From: Gammaproteobacteria bacterium
GTDB taxonomy: Bacteria > Pseudomonadota > Gammaproteobacteria > UBA4575
Reading direction: 5' to 3'
Length of the DNA: 64,000 nucleotides
NCBI GenBank assembly: GCA_965221955.1
Contig: CBDCTA010000022.1
Location: 126,103 to 190,102, forward strand
The notes beneath the pieces were generated by a model. The model ran no database searches and was not told the origin of the DNA. It saw only the letters and a program-made list of their open reading frames with translations. The position numbers and the translations under genes are program-made. Below, one piece after another: positions 41,053 through 50,330 of this stretch. Position 1 is the stretch's first letter, and each line of letters begins with the position of its first letter.

Positions 41053-42105
41053 ATGAAAAACATTGTTCTAATAATATTAGCCATTTTTACTCTAATTTAT
41101 AATAATTCAATGGCTAATGAATCAACTAAAGATCGTAATGCTCAAAAGGAATTGATCGTACTTTCAGCACCAATTACAGATGATCCTTATTACATGGATG
41201 TGGCAGATACTATCTTAGATTTTCATATTCAGTATGTTCAACAAATTGTAAGCCATGACAATGTTTTGATCTTTGTGGATGAGGGGGCCTACGATCGATA
41301 TGTGGATGAGATTGGTGAAGATAAAGTTGTTATTGCACCAATGTCCGATATTTGGATGCGTGATTTTGGATTATCAAATGCAAATAACCCGGTCATGTTT
41401 CGATATACCGCAGAAGGTCAAGGGCGCGGTGAAAAAGGTCAGCGTGCTGCAGATGCTGTACAAAAACAATTAGCCATAATTCTCGAAGAGTCGGATATTA
41501 CATATCTTGAAACAGATTTATTGAATGATGGGGGTAATTTTGTTGATGATTATGCCGGTAACGTAGTAATCAGCAGAAAATTCCTGCGTGATAATAAGTT
41601 AAGCGAAGAGCAAGCGCGCGAAAAGCTGCGTGAATTAACAGATGTTAAGAATATTGCCTTCATCGAGTCTGATGAGCAAGGAGGGTTAGAGCATGCAGAT
41701 GGGGTGGTTGCCTTTGTAGATACCAATACACTCATTATTAATACTTACGAAGATGACCCTGAGTATGCAAAAGAGCTAAGAGCTGATCTTGAATTTGGTC
41801 TACCAGGTGTAATTATTCACGAAATTATTACACCATATGATGACAGTAAAATCTATGATCAACGTTTTGGGTCTGCTTGTGGGCTTTATACCAATACTTT
41901 AGTAACCCCGCATAGGGTCTATCTTCCTCAATTTGGAATTCCCGAAGATAAGATTGCTATCGATCAAGTACGCGCTGCAACGACACGTGAAGTAGTGCCA
42001 GTCTCATCATATCAAGTATGTTCAATGGGTGGAGGGGTGCGATGTATGTCTTGGCAACTACGTGGTGATAACGCAAATGCACTGCTAAAATATTTCGAAA
42101 AATAA
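41053..42105 (+). CDS. agmatine deiminase / Porphyromonas-type peptidyl-arginine deiminase family protein with N-terminal signal peptide
   Basis: 350 aa with a signal-like N-terminus MKNIVLIILAIFTLIYNNSMA|NE. Family motifs: DIWMRDFG, LNDGGNFVDD, EHADGVVAFVD, and the C-terminal catalytic-Cys box GGGVRCMSWQ. Confidence 0.6.
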   Translation: MKNIVLIILAIFTLIYNNSMANESTKDRNAQKELIVLSAPITDDPYYMDVADTILDFHIQYVQQIVSHDNVLIFVDEGAYDRYVDEIGEDKVVIAPMSDIWMRDFGLSNANNPVMFRYTAEGQGRGEKGQRAADAVQKQLAIILEESDITYLETDLLNDGGNFVDDYAGNVVISRKFLRDNKLSEEQAREKLRELTDVKNIAFIESDEQGGLEHADGVVAFVDTNTLIINTYEDDPEYAKELRADLEFGLPGVIIHEIITPYDDSKIYDQRFGSACGLYTNTLVTPHRVYLPQFGIPEDKIAIDQVRAATTREVVPVSSYQVCSMGGGVRCMSWQLRGDNANALLKYFEK

Positions 42106-42126
42106 ATGTAGTTTGATTATTTCTTT

Positions 42127-42253
42127 AATGTCTGCTACTGGCCGACAGAAATTTGCTCCTCGCCAATTGCTCCATGCATTGCTCTACCTCCTACATCCAT
42201 GTAGTCGTGCAATTTCTGCACTTCCACCCTCCATGGCGGTCGAAGCGGACGTT
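42127..42253 (-). repeat. 127-bp element of the same family, copy B, inverted relative to copy A
   Basis: The reverse complement starts AACGTCCGCTTCGACCGCCATGGAGGGTGG and ends ..GGCCAGTAGCAGACATT, matching the copy A ends (ATGTCCGCTTTCGATCC..CCATGGATGGGCG....AAGCAGACATT). It starts 21 nt after the deiminase-like stop. Confidence 0.6.
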
Positions 42254-42320
42254 TTAAGATCGATTATCTTTAACTTGTTACTTCGTCCCTGATGGACATC
42301 ATATTCGCACTTCCCTGTGC

Positions 42321-44405
42321 TCACACCTGCCCAAATTCAATTGACTTTCCTAACCAACGTTGGATCACTGCATCAACATTATGTGGGTATTCTTCTATGA
42401 GCTGTTTTGCTGTTTCTTGTACTAAAGGAATTAAATCTTGGTCACGCATAATATTGGCAATACGTAATTGCAGCATGCCGGTTTGACGTGTACCTAGTAC
42501 TTCACCAGGACCGCGTATTTCTAAATCGACTTGCGCAATCTTAAAACCATCGTTGGTGTTGCGCATAGTGTCGATGCGTGTTTTAGCATTTTCAGTTAAT
42601 GGTGGATTAAATACCAATACACAACTGCTTTCTTCTGTACCACGGCCTACACGTCCGCGTAATTGATGCAGTTGTGCTAAACCTAAACGTTCAGCATTTT
42701 CGATAATCATCAAACTGGCATTGGGCACATCGACACCTACTTCGATTACTGTGGTCGCAACCAATAAGTCAATTTTCTTAGCTGAAAAATTTTGCATCAC
42801 GGCATCTTTTTCTTTACCTTTCATGCGTCCATGCACTAAACCCACTTTTACGCCACGCAATAATTGGCTGAGTTCACGGTATACATCTTCTGCTGCCTGA
42901 CACTGCAAGGCTTCAGATTCCTCTACCAAAGTACACACCCAATACGCTTGTTGGCCATTGCGACAGGCATTGGCTACACGATCTACCACTTCTTGGCGCC
43001 GCTCCATTGGAATTGCGATTGTACTAATGGGCTTTCTTCCTGGAGGCAATTCGTCAATAACAGAGTAATCTAAATCCGCATAGGCAGTCATTGCTAAGGT
43101 TCTTGGGATCGGCGTTGCAGTCATAATCAGTTGATGCGGATGATTTCCGTCCTGTATACCTTTTTCGCGCAACGCTAAACGTTGGTGCACGCCAAAGCGG
43201 TGTTGTTCATCGATAACCACTAAAGCTAAATTTTTAAATTCAACACCTTGTTGAAATAAAGCATGCGTACCTACGATGGCATTTGCAGTACCGGTAGCAA
43301 TGAGTTCTTTCATTTCATTGGCTTTACTTGTAGTGAGTTTTCCTGACAGCCAAGCTAGCCGAATACCTAGCGGTTCCAACCAATGTGAAAAATTACGTAA
43401 ATGTTGTTCAGCTAAAATTTCGGTAGGCGCCATCACTACGGCTTGATAGCCCGCTTCGATCACCTGCAAACATGCTGCAATTGCAATTAGAGTTTTTCCG
43501 CTGCCTACATCCCCTTGCACTAAACGCAGCATAGGGGAATCATTTGTTAAATCTGAAAATACAGTGTCGATTACACGTTGCTGAGCATTCGTCAGTTCAA
43601 ATTCCAGCCCAGCTAAGAGTTTTTTATACAGTTGTTTGTTAGCCTGAATAGCAATGGCCGGCTGCTTTTGCATTTGCAGCCTAAGTTTAGACAAACTTAG
43701 TTGTTGCGCTAATAATTCTTCAAAAGACAAACGTCGTTGCATTGCATGTTTGCCTGAGGCAAGTGCTTCTACATCGGCTTCAGGTGGTGGACGATGTACA
43801 AATTTCAGCGCTTCAATAATACAAACAGTTTGACCATCAATCAGTGGCGGCGTAGGCAATAAATCTAGTTGAGGTGCTTCATTTTGACCAATCCACTGCA
43901 AAGCTTGAGACGTGAGTCGCCGCAAACTAAGCTGATGTAATCCTTCAGTGGTGGCATAAATTGGAGTGAGATGATCTTCAACTTTAGCGGGTTCATCTTG
44001 GTGCAACAATTCATATTCAGGGTGCACCATTTCTGGGCCTTTAATTCCCTGCCTAATTTCACCAAAACATCTAATTTTACTGCCTCGAGAAAGGTTCTCT
44101 CGTTGTGCCTTGTTGAAATAAAAAAAACGCAGTAACACTCTGCCCGTGCCATCATCAACGCTCACTAGTAGCATACGTCGTTTACGAAACACCACTTCAC
44201 TGTGTTCAATATTACCGATCACTACACACTCTTCTCCTGCACGCAGTGCTGCAACGGGACGGATACGCGTTCGATCTTGGTAACGAATAGGCAGGTGGAA
44301 GAGTAGATCTTGCACTGTGTAGATCTGTATACGTTGCAAGCGCTCTGCAACTTTGGAACCTACACCTTTTAGTGCAGTAACCTCTGGAAAAGATTCTTTA
44401 CTCAA
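42321..44405 (-). CDS. recG: ATP-dependent DNA helicase RecG
   Basis: 694 aa with an N-terminal wedge domain, Walker A GDVGSGKT and the DEQHRFGV box. Confidence 0.95.
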   Translation of the reverse strand: MSKESFPEVTALKGVGSKVAERLQRIQIYTVQDLLFHLPIRYQDRTRIRPVAALRAGEECVVIGNIEHSEVVFRKRRMLLVSVDDGTGRVLLRFFYFNKAQRENLSRGSKIRCFGEIRQGIKGPEMVHPEYELLHQDEPAKVEDHLTPIYATTEGLHQLSLRRLTSQALQWIGQNEAPQLDLLPTPPLIDGQTVCIIEALKFVHRPPPEADVEALASGKHAMQRRLSFEELLAQQLSLSKLRLQMQKQPAIAIQANKQLYKKLLAGLEFELTNAQQRVIDTVFSDLTNDSPMLRLVQGDVGSGKTLIAIAACLQVIEAGYQAVVMAPTEILAEQHLRNFSHWLEPLGIRLAWLSGKLTTSKANEMKELIATGTANAIVGTHALFQQGVEFKNLALVVIDEQHRFGVHQRLALREKGIQDGNHPHQLIMTATPIPRTLAMTAYADLDYSVIDELPPGRKPISTIAIPMERRQEVVDRVANACRNGQQAYWVCTLVEESEALQCQAAEDVYRELSQLLRGVKVGLVHGRMKGKEKDAVMQNFSAKKIDLLVATTVIEVGVDVPNASLMIIENAERLGLAQLHQLRGRVGRGTEESSCVLVFNPPLTENAKTRIDTMRNTNDGFKIAQVDLEIRGPGEVLGTRQTGMLQLRIANIMRDQDLIPLVQETAKQLIEEYPHNVDAVIQRWLGKSIEFGQV

Positions 44406-44462
44406 GCGTTAGATTAGAATTATTTCAGGAATTAACAGAAAACGTTGATTAGTCTAATTATC

Positions 44463-44846
44463 TTATCCCAGTACCATTATGGCATCCATCTCCACCCCAA
44501 CCTCTTTTGGCAATGAAGCAACACCGATTGCTGCGCGTGCTGGATAGGGTTCTGAAAAATATTCAGCCATAATTTCATTCACTAAAGGGAAATGACTAAG
44601 GTCAGTAAGAAATATATTTAGTTTTACAATATCACTTAAAGAACCTCCTGCAGCTTGAGCAACCGCTTGTAGGTTTTCAAACACACGACTGATCTGTGCG
44701 CGCATATCGCCTTCAATAACTTCCATAGTGGCAGGATCAAGAGGTATTTGTCCCGACAAATACACCGTGGAATCCACTTTCACCGCCTGTGAATAAGTGC
44801 CAATTGCTTGTGGTGCTTGATCAGTACTGATTATTTCCCTACTCAT
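44463..44846 (-). CDS. ridA: RidA family enamine/imine deaminase (YjgF/TdcF)
   Basis: 127 aa with ..[11 protein letters not shown]......[10 protein letters not shown].. and ..[13 protein letters not shown]...VE. Confidence 0.85.
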   Translation of the reverse strand: MSREIISTDQAPQAIGTYSQAVKVDSTVYLSGQIPLDPATMEVIEGDMRAQISRVFENLQAVAQAAGGSLSDIVKLNIFLTDLSHFPLVNEIMAEYFSEPYPARAAIGVASLPKEVGVEMDAIMVLG

Positions 44847-44996
44847 TTATTATTCTCCTTATTTATTTAGGAAGCATTGATTTATTTTAAGATGAGTCAC
44901 AAAAATATCGCAACAAACGATGTGTATTTTTTATACATTAGCGCAGTGAGATCATTTTTTAACGACGTATTAAAGTAACTCAAGAATTCCTAATTG

Positions 44997-47168
44997 TTAG
45001 TTTCGTTTAACTTTATAAACCTGTGGAACATTTTTTATTGTGCGCATGATACGTGCCAGATGGACACGGTCTTTAACGGTAAGCAAAACTGTTAGCATTG
45101 TTGTTGAACCGAATTTTTCATCAAAAACGATATTCTCTATATTCGAACTTTCTTCGGAAATAGTTGTAGCAACTAGCGCTAACACACCCGGCTCATTTGC
45201 AGTACGCACCGTAATCTCCGCTGTGAATTCATTATCGATATCGTTTGCCCAGTACACATTAATCCATTTATCACGACTTGTGGTTTTACGTTTAGTGTTC
45301 TTACACTTCGTGTGATGCACCACCAAACCTCTTCCTGCTGTCATAATGCCAATAATTGGATCTCCAGGAATGGGGTAACAACATTTACCAAAATCCACAA
45401 CCATCCCTTCTGTACCGCGGATGGCTAATGGGTGTTTATTCTCATTCTTACGTCGCCGTAACTTGATCCAACTACCGCGCAATGACTCGATGTGCTTAGC
45501 TACGAACGGTGCCATACGATCACCTAAACCAATCTCCGCAAACATTTGTTCTTCACTTTCTAATTGTAAATCTTTTAACAAATTCGCTTGTTCTCGTTGA
45601 CTAATATCTTGCCAAGTTTTGTCATAGTTTCTTAATGCTCGATTTAACAAACGCTGACCTAACTCTGCTGCTTCACTCCTTTGAAGATGTTTAAGGAAGC
45701 TACGTATATTCGAACGCGCTTTTGCAGTCACAATAAAATTCAACCACGCTGGATTGGGTCGACCACTAGGAGAAGTAACAATTTCAACTGTTTGGCCATT
45801 CTGCAATACGGTACCCAACGGCTCTATACGACGATTAATTTTTGCTGCCACACAATGGTTGCCAATATCAGTGTGTACCGCATAGGCAAAATCAATCGCA
45901 GTAGAGTTAATCGGTAATTCCATGATATCGCCAGCAGGTGTAAATACGTAGATTTCGTCTCGATACAAATCAACTTTGACACTTTCAAGAAATTCCAAAG
46001 AACTTCCCGATCGATTTTGCATTTCCGAAACCGTATTCAACCACTCCCGAGTACGTATGTGTGGTGCATTATGATCATCTCCAGCACCTTTATACATCCA
46101 ATGTGCCGCAATACCTGACTGTGCAACTTGGTCCATTTCTTCCGAACGCACTTGAACTTCAATTGGCATGCCTTTTGGCCCAAACAAAATGGTGTGTAAA
46201 GATTGATAGGCATTCTTTTTAGGTATCGCGATGTAATCTTTAAACTTACCTGGAACGGGTTTATATAAATTATGAATCAATCCAATGACACGATAACAAG
46301 TGTCTACACTATCCACTATGATACGAAAAGCAAACACATCAAATACTTCAGAAAACTGCAGGTGCTTTTCTTGCATTTTGCGATAAATACTGTAGATATT
46401 TTTTTCGCGCCCAATAATTCTGCTAGCGATATTCGCCTGCTCTAATCGTTCACAAATATTTTTTTCAACCTCTTGCAATAGCGCATCACGATTAATATTG
46501 GTACGGCGAATCACATCTTTTAAAACTTTGTAACGAAAGGGCCATAAATATTTAAATGAAAGTTCTTCAAGCTCAACGCGTAAATCATGCATACCTAAAC
46601 GCAATGCAATTGGTGCATAAATATCTAAAGTCTCACGTGCAATGCGTTTGCGTTTTTTTTCAGGCATCACATCAATGGTGCGCATATTATGTAGACGATC
46701 CGCTAGTTTGATAATGATCACACGTACGTCTTTAACCATCGCAAGCATCATTTTGCGAAAGTTTTCTGCCTGTGCTTCTTGGCGTGATTCAAATTCAAGA
46801 TGTGTAAGCTTGCTGACCCCGTCAACCAATTCTGCTACGTCTTCGCCAAACTCTTGTTTAACATGTTCTTTAGCGGTTTCAGTATCTTCAATAACGTCAT
46901 GCAGAATCGCAGCTTGAATGGTTTGTGCATCCATATGCATTTCAGCTAGCACTTTTGCTACAGAGAGAGGGTGATAAATATAAGGCTCGCCCGTTAAGCG
47001 CGTTTGGCCTTCATGTGCATCTGCGCTAAACAGATAGGCGCGATAGATTCTTTTTACTTGGTCTGGATGTAAGTAGCTTTCTAGTAGCGCGCACAAGTCA
47101 CTAATCAAAAATCGCGACGGCTGATTTTTGGAAGAAGTTGCGCTAGTTGACTCAGCGACAGAGGCCAT
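44997..47168 (-). CDS. spoT: bifunctional (p)ppGpp synthetase/hydrolase SpoT
   Basis: 723 aa with an HD domain (ILHDVIEDT), a RelA/SpoT synthetase domain (YQSLHT), and TGS and ACT regions. Lies in the rpoZ-spoT-ridA-recG order. Confidence 0.9.
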   Translation of the reverse strand: MASVAESTSATSSKNQPSRFLISDLCALLESYLHPDQVKRIYRAYLFSADAHEGQTRLTGEPYIYHPLSVAKVLAEMHMDAQTIQAAILHDVIEDTETAKEHVKQEFGEDVAELVDGVSKLTHLEFESRQEAQAENFRKMMLAMVKDVRVIIIKLADRLHNMRTIDVMPEKKRKRIARETLDIYAPIALRLGMHDLRVELEELSFKYLWPFRYKVLKDVIRRTNINRDALLQEVEKNICERLEQANIASRIIGREKNIYSIYRKMQEKHLQFSEVFDVFAFRIIVDSVDTCYRVIGLIHNLYKPVPGKFKDYIAIPKKNAYQSLHTILFGPKGMPIEVQVRSEEMDQVAQSGIAAHWMYKGAGDDHNAPHIRTREWLNTVSEMQNRSGSSLEFLESVKVDLYRDEIYVFTPAGDIMELPINSTAIDFAYAVHTDIGNHCVAAKINRRIEPLGTVLQNGQTVEIVTSPSGRPNPAWLNFIVTAKARSNIRSFLKHLQRSEAAELGQRLLNRALRNYDKTWQDISQREQANLLKDLQLESEEQMFAEIGLGDRMAPFVAKHIESLRGSWIKLRRRKNENKHPLAIRGTEGMVVDFGKCCYPIPGDPIIGIMTAGRGLVVHHTKCKNTKRKTTSRDKWINVYWANDIDNEFTAEITVRTANEPGVLALVATTISEESSNIENIVFDEKFGSTTMLTVLLTVKDRVHLARIMRTIKNVPQVYKVKRN

Positions 47169-47205
47169 GGTTGTTTGCCGCTGTTAGGTACGTCCTTACC
47201 TGGGT

Positions 47206-47787
47206 TTATTGATCTCCATCCGTAGACGTGTCTGAGTTTGGCATGGGAATACCAAAGTCATTCGATGAGTCATTGGATGGTGTGTCCGTTGATGGAGTCT
47301 GTTCTACAGCGCCATCGTTAGAACTTGCAGCAAGCTCTCTTGCTAGCAAAGTTTCCATTGATGGGGGTTCCTCAGCTGCTGGTGTATCTGTTTGACCCGC
47401 ATCAGGAGTAGCGGGTGCGCTACTAAATGGGCTAGAGAGTGGAGACTCAGCTGGTTGATCTGACTCTTGCTGACCTGCAACCTGACCTTCAGGGGCTGGT
47501 TGATTAAGCTCACGACTGATCTCTGCATGTAGTGCCGCAGCAAGATCGTCTTCATCAAATGGAAGTTCCTCTTCCACTGGTTCCGCTAAGGCTGCTTGCA
47601 TCATTTCTTCATTGACTAAACCTAGTTCAATTTCACGTAATGCCACAACGGTTGGCTTGTCATTTTCCCACTCAACTAAAGGCTCGGTACCAAGCGAAAG
47701 TTGACGCGCACGTTTGCTGGCAAGTAATACCAACTTAAAGCGATTTTCTACATGATCGAGGCAATCTTCTACCGTTACGCGGGCCAT
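47206..47787 (-). CDS. rpoZ: RNA polymerase omega subunit with a ~100-aa acidic/Pro-Ser-Thr-rich C-terminal extension
   Basis: The N-terminus [30 protein letters not shown] is canonical omega. The total of 193 aa is about twice the usual length. Confidence 0.85.
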   Translation of the reverse strand: MARVTVEDCLDHVENRFKLVLLASKRARQLSLGTEPLVEWENDKPTVVALREIELGLVNEEMMQAALAEPVEEELPFDEDDLAAALHAEISRELNQPAPEGQVAGQQESDQPAESPLSSPFSSAPATPDAGQTDTPAAEEPPSMETLLARELAASSNDGAVEQTPSTDTPSNDSSNDFGIPMPNSDTSTDGDQ

Positions 47788-47856
47788 GGGGGTACTCCTA
47801 AATATAAATAAATACTAGTTTAGCCGAGTGAGTGTAGCGAATTTGCTGTATAGCAT

Positions 47857-48480
47857 CTAGCGTTTCGACAATAAATCTGCTGTCAATGATCGTAGATTAT
47901 CCTCACTGATAGGCTGAAATGGCTTGCCGTCTACTACTAAAGAAGTAAGCTGCTGGAGGGCTTGATCAAAATCATCATTTAATACAATGTAATCGAACTC
48001 ATCATAATGACTGATTTCATTTTCAGCATCGCGCATGCGTCGCGCAATGATCTCCTCGCTATCTTGCCCGCGACCACGCAGACGATTCTCTAATTCTGCT
48101 TTTGAAGGCGGCAAAATAAAAATAGACTGTGTATCAACAATACGTTCTCGCACCTGCGCTGCACCTTGCCAATCAATTTCGAGTATAACCTTCAGCCCAT
48201 CAGAAAGTTGTCTCTCTACAGATTCCTGTGTAGTGCCATAATAATTATCAAACACTTTTGCATATTCAATGAATGCATCTTTTTTAATCATCCGCTTAAA
48301 TTCATCAACATCTGTAAAAAAATAATCTTTGCCGTTTATTTCACCAAATCGTTGTTGCCTAGTGGTATGCGAGATTGAAACTACAACATCTGATACAGAA
48401 TCAACGAGTGCTTTTACCAAACTCGTTTTACCGGCTCCTGACGGAGCACTTATAATAAAAAGACTTCCTTTATCAGACAT
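47857..48480 (-). CDS. gmk: guanylate kinase
   Basis: Starts MSDKGSLFIISAPSGAGKTSL (P-loop). I prefer the ATG at 48480 because it gives the usual N-terminal length. The ORF track starts at an upstream GTG (48501). Confidence 0.9.
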   Translation of the reverse strand: MSDKGSLFIISAPSGAGKTSLVKALVDSVSDVVVSISHTTRQQRFGEINGKDYFFTDVDEFKRMIKKDAFIEYAKVFDNYYGTTQESVERQLSDGLKVILEIDWQGAAQVRERIVDTQSIFILPPSKAELENRLRGRGQDSEEIIARRMRDAENEISHYDEFDYIVLNDDFDQALQQLTSLVVDGKPFQPISEDNLRSLTADLLSKR

Positions 48481-48590
48481 AAATACAGACTCTTGGGCCA
48501 CTTATGATGAATAGTCTACTTTTACTCATACAACACCTAACCCAGTAGCACTAATGATAAAAAGATTTCCTTTGCTCATAGTTTGATCAT
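48473..48590 (-). promoter_or_regulatory. chain of three overlapping upstream mini-ORFs; two are diverged copies of the gmk N-terminus
   Basis: Minus strand: ATGATCAAACTATGA (MIKL*, 48590-48576); MSKGNLFIISATGLGVV* (48579-48526); MSKSRLFIISGPRVCIYV* (48529-48473). The stops overlap the next starts as ATGA, ATGA and ATGTCTGA. Confidence 0.5.
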
Positions 48591-48600
48591 ACACAAAAGA

Positions 48601-48627
48601 AAAAGGCTCCGCATTGCGGAGCCTTTT
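48601..48627. terminator. bidirectional rho-independent terminator
   Basis: AAAAGGCTCCGCattGCGGAGCCTTTT: an 8-bp GC-rich stem flanked by an A-run and a T-run, 19 nt downstream of the OmpA-like gene. Confidence 0.8.
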
Positions 48628-48645
48628 AATAAGAAAAATTTTAAA

Positions 48646-49323
48646 TTAACTTTTTGTTAGTGGCACCAAAGCAATCTCGACTCTTCGATTTAAACTGCGC
48701 CCATTCACATCGTCATTGCTTGCAACTGGATAATTTTCACCATAGCCATAGGTTGCTAAACGAAGTGGTTGAATATCTCTACTTTGGAAATATTGTGAAA
48801 CTGCATTCGCACGTTTTTCAGACAGTCTTTGATTATATTCTTCTGTACCTGTGCTATCCGTATGCCCCATTACCTCAACCAAGGTTTTATCAAATTCATC
48901 AATGACTAACGTAACAGAATCTAATACTGCGAAAAAGTCGCCATTAATATCTGCACTATCTGTAGCAAAGGTTACATTACCAGGCATATTCAAAATAATA
49001 TTTTCACCATCACGCGTAACACTCACGCCAGTGCCTGCAAGTTTTTGTCTCAACTTTGCTTCTTGCACATCCATGTAATAACCAACTGCACCGCCCGCAA
49101 GTGCACCAACACCGGCGCCAATTAAAGCATGCTTGCGTCGTTCGCGGCTGTCGTCACCTGTTATCAAACCGACTACGGCCCCTGTAGCTGCACCCGCTCC
49201 TGCTCCAATAACGACTTTGCTGGTTTGCTTTTCGCCTGTATATGGATTAATAGTTGTACATGCTGAAAGCACTATAGAAATAAATACAAACCCCACAATT
49301 TTTAACTTAGATAACATTTTCAT
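48646..49323 (-). CDS. OmpA-family lipoprotein with glycine-zipper region (YiaD-like)
   Basis: I prefer the start at MKMLSKLKIVGFVFISIVLSAC (lipobox), preceded by GGAGG. It has a Gly-zipper GAGAGAATGAVVG and an OmpA C-terminal domain (GHTDSTGTEEYNQRLSEKRANAV, NRRVEI). Confidence 0.85.
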   Translation of the reverse strand: MKMLSKLKIVGFVFISIVLSACTTINPYTGEKQTSKVVIGAGAGAATGAVVGLITGDDSRERRKHALIGAGVGALAGGAVGYYMDVQEAKLRQKLAGTGVSVTRDGENIILNMPGNVTFATDSADINGDFFAVLDSVTLVIDEFDKTLVEVMGHTDSTGTEEYNQRLSEKRANAVSQYFQSRDIQPLRLATYGYGENYPVASNDDVNGRSLNRRVEIALVPLTKS

Positions 49324-49703
49324 TGCCGCCTCCTTTTGCAAGCAATTATTTTTAAAATATTTCCCCATCAAGATCAGTCTATAGACTGACACTTAGTTAA
49401 ATACTAAATTTTATGACATTAGGTCAATTCTGTAGTTCAGAAATTAATTTGTAATTATCGCGCAGTTGGTCGTTGAAATTGGCCACTTATGGATCCATAC
49501 ATCGGTGTATACATGCCATGTATCTAGTGCCGTTTTTCGACTATTTCACATAGCTGCAAATGAAGTCAAAATTGGCTAAGGAATTTAATTTAAAGAAGTT
49601 TTTTGAATATAGAGTGTCATTTTTACCTAAGACACTCGTATATATAAATATCCAATAAAACCATAATGATAAATATTTTGAACTTTCAAATAATCATTTA
49701 GAC

Positions 49704-50294
49704 ATGCAGCAAAATATAACAACAAAAATACGTGAGTATTTGCCAGAAATTAACGTTAATGAACTAAACTTTGATACTGATAAAAATGAACAAATACATG
49801 CAAAACATTTAGATCATTTTACCGAGAACATTCAAAACTGGTCTCATGCCATATTAGAAAAAGCAAAACTTCCAACTACCGCTAATGAAGCCAACGCATT
49901 AACCACTAAGTATAGTTTAGATACTAACGAAGGCTGTGCATTACGCATAGTGGTTGAATTAGATTCTTTGAACAAGTCTGTTGCTATTCAAGATGCATCT
50001 ACTGCAGCACTTGCGAGTATGAAATTATTAGAGGTGGTATGGCATAGCTCACTATTTAGAAACGCGGAAAGAAATAGTCGGAAAGAAGCAGCTAAAAGTG
50101 GCGCCACGGCTACACCTCGTGATTCTGCTGTTCAAGCCTCCAAAGGTGACAATATCAACTTATATCAAAACACTATTAATGATTTAAAAGACAAGTATCC
50201 GCACTGCAACGTAAACGCCTTGCGACTGTTAGCCGCTACACGTTTAAACGTCAGCAAACAAGAACTTGATGATCTCAACATCACACCACAATAA
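49704..50294 (+). CDS. hypothetical protein, orphan paralog 1
   Basis: 196-aa ORF with no family recognised. It is alignable by eye to the next ORF at three blocks (see findings). Confidence 0.55.
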   Translation: MQQNITTKIREYLPEINVNELNFDTDKNEQIHAKHLDHFTENIQNWSHAILEKAKLPTTANEANALTTKYSLDTNEGCALRIVVELDSLNKSVAIQDASTAALASMKLLEVVWHSSLFRNAERNSRKEAAKSGATATPRDSAVQASKGDNINLYQNTINDLKDKYPHCNVNALRLLAATRLNVSKQELDDLNITPQ

Positions 50295-50330
50295 ACCTGA
50301 ACAAATACTTTCCCATAATCAATAATTAAA

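Noticed and set aside
49324-49392. Upstream extension of the OmpA-like ORF (MSVYRLILMGKYFKNNCLQKEAA)
   Set aside because: The internal Met at 49323 is preceded by GGAGG and starts a textbook lipoprotein signal peptide. The extension would bury the signal.
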